A DNA stretch of 64,000 nucleotides. Origin: Amoebidium appalachense (taxonomy: Eukaryota; Protista; Ichthyosporea). A program made the translations under genes and the position numbers. The stretch covers positions 1,738,231-1,802,230 of the forward strand of contig CAVNZM010000009.1 in assembly GCA_963693365.1 (NCBI GenBank), given 5' to 3'. A model generated the notes under the pieces. That model saw only the letters and a program-made list of their open reading frames with translations. It did not search any database and was not told where the DNA came from. Below are positions 62,784 to 64,000 of the stretch, piece after piece; position 1 is the stretch's first letter; the number at the start of each line of letters is the position of its first letter.

Positions 62784-63119
62784 TGTGTGCGTGCGCATGC
62801 GCGCGCGCGTGTGTGTTTACACATGCACATGAGGTGTGCGTGCACATGTGCGTGTGCGCGCGCACACATGTGTGTGGGGGTCTGGGGTGTCTGGGGTGTG
62901 TGTTGTGTGTGTGTACGTCTGTGGGTGTACATGTGTGCACGTGTTGTGTTTGTATGTACGTGTGCTTCTGTACGTGAGCAATTGTGGATGTACACGTGTA
63001 CATGTACATGTACACGCGTACGTGCGTGACGTCCGCGTATACGTACGTATAATGTGTATGCGATCACGCCGCCGGGTGTGTGTGAACTCTGACGTGTGTG
63101 CACCACCTATAGCTAGCTA

Positions 63120-63188
63120 GGCCTTCAACCCGCGGTACATTTTTTTTTTTTTTTTTTTGGTGTGTGTGTGTGTGTATGTGTGTGTTGT

Positions 63189-63259
<71 letters not shown>

Positions 63260-63387
63260 CGAGGCCTCGAGATCGATGCGTGCGCATATGGGTAAGAAAG
63301 TAACTGCGGCCCAGGGAGGATCCGGGGTACACATGTGACTGGCTCGGGCTCGCGAAGGATCAGACCGTTTATTGCAGGTTTCAGGCC
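63120..63387. mobile_element. Possible TA-flanked MITE-like remnant
   Basis: Imperfect terminal inverted repeats GGCCTTCAACCCGC / GCAGGTTTCAGGCC, with TA on each side. Single copy in the window. Confidence 0.25.
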
Positions 63388-64000
63388 TAGGCCCTCATTC
63401 TAAAGGCGGCTGCACTTGCGCAACACTAGCAAATATATCGGTACCAAGACCGCGGGCCAATAGTTCACGTGTCATATATCATTCACCACCCCATGCAGGT
63501 GTGCACGGTGTGCACATCTGGGATTAGGAGAAACACTTAGAAATGTCCTTGGGTAAATGAACAAATTTTCTGGTACGACAGCACTGGCACATATTGCACC
63601 AGCAGAATACCTTGTTACAAGGTGCAGACCTAGGCAATAAGAAAAAGAAAAACAGGCGGAAAGTCCAATAAATATTTGGTTAATTAAGTAAGCCTTAGAA
63701 AGAGTCTCATGTGCAAGTAGAAAGTCTAATACTAGAGTCTCATACCGAGTTAAACTTGCACCTGCACTTGCCATGTCGAGCAATTTTCATGCGACTAGTG
63801 ATAGACAATCGATGTGATTAGTCATCCAGAAGGGTTGGATGATGTAATATGCCAGCTTACAGCGCCCAATTGTTAGCTGCAACTAAAGAAAACCAACAAA
63901 TCGAACGCCATATGCAGTATAAGGAGATTTTTCTTTCAACAGAAAACTTTGATTGGAATGGAATTAGTCTATCTGCGGCGGTAGATCATCTTCCTTTGGT

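Overview
Intron-rich eukaryotic DNA saturated with poly-G/poly-C tracts and (GT)n/(CA)n/(GA)n microsatellites, so most ORF-track entries are low-complexity artefacts. Gene content suggests a non-animal opisthokont, probably a unicellular holozoan: animal-like TMEM199, ABHD17 and GLIPR2-type CAP sequences sit beside a stand-alone glutamate 5-kinase+PUA gene (inference). Six spliced genes were reconstructed by eye: the 3' part of ribonucleotide reductase large subunit (+), a secreted CAP/SCP-domain protein (-), TMEM199/Vma12 (-), ABHD17 (-), glutamate 5-kinase (+) and the PP1 catalytic subunit (-). Two full-length, very young LTR retrotransposons lie 116 bp apart: a half-tRNA-primed Ty1/copia and a chromodomain-bearing Ty3/gypsy. 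The most striking observation is the CAP gene. A signal-peptide protein has its CAP domain split by a ~550-aa insert carrying 13 tandem 31-aa units ending W-G-R-R, with the grammar of an animal amidated-neuropeptide precursor (predicted product [25 protein letters not shown]2). Other notable items are a structured, always sense-oriented intronic repeat family with poly(C) tails and hammerhead-like core words, and a minisatellite that amplifies a 5' splice junction.
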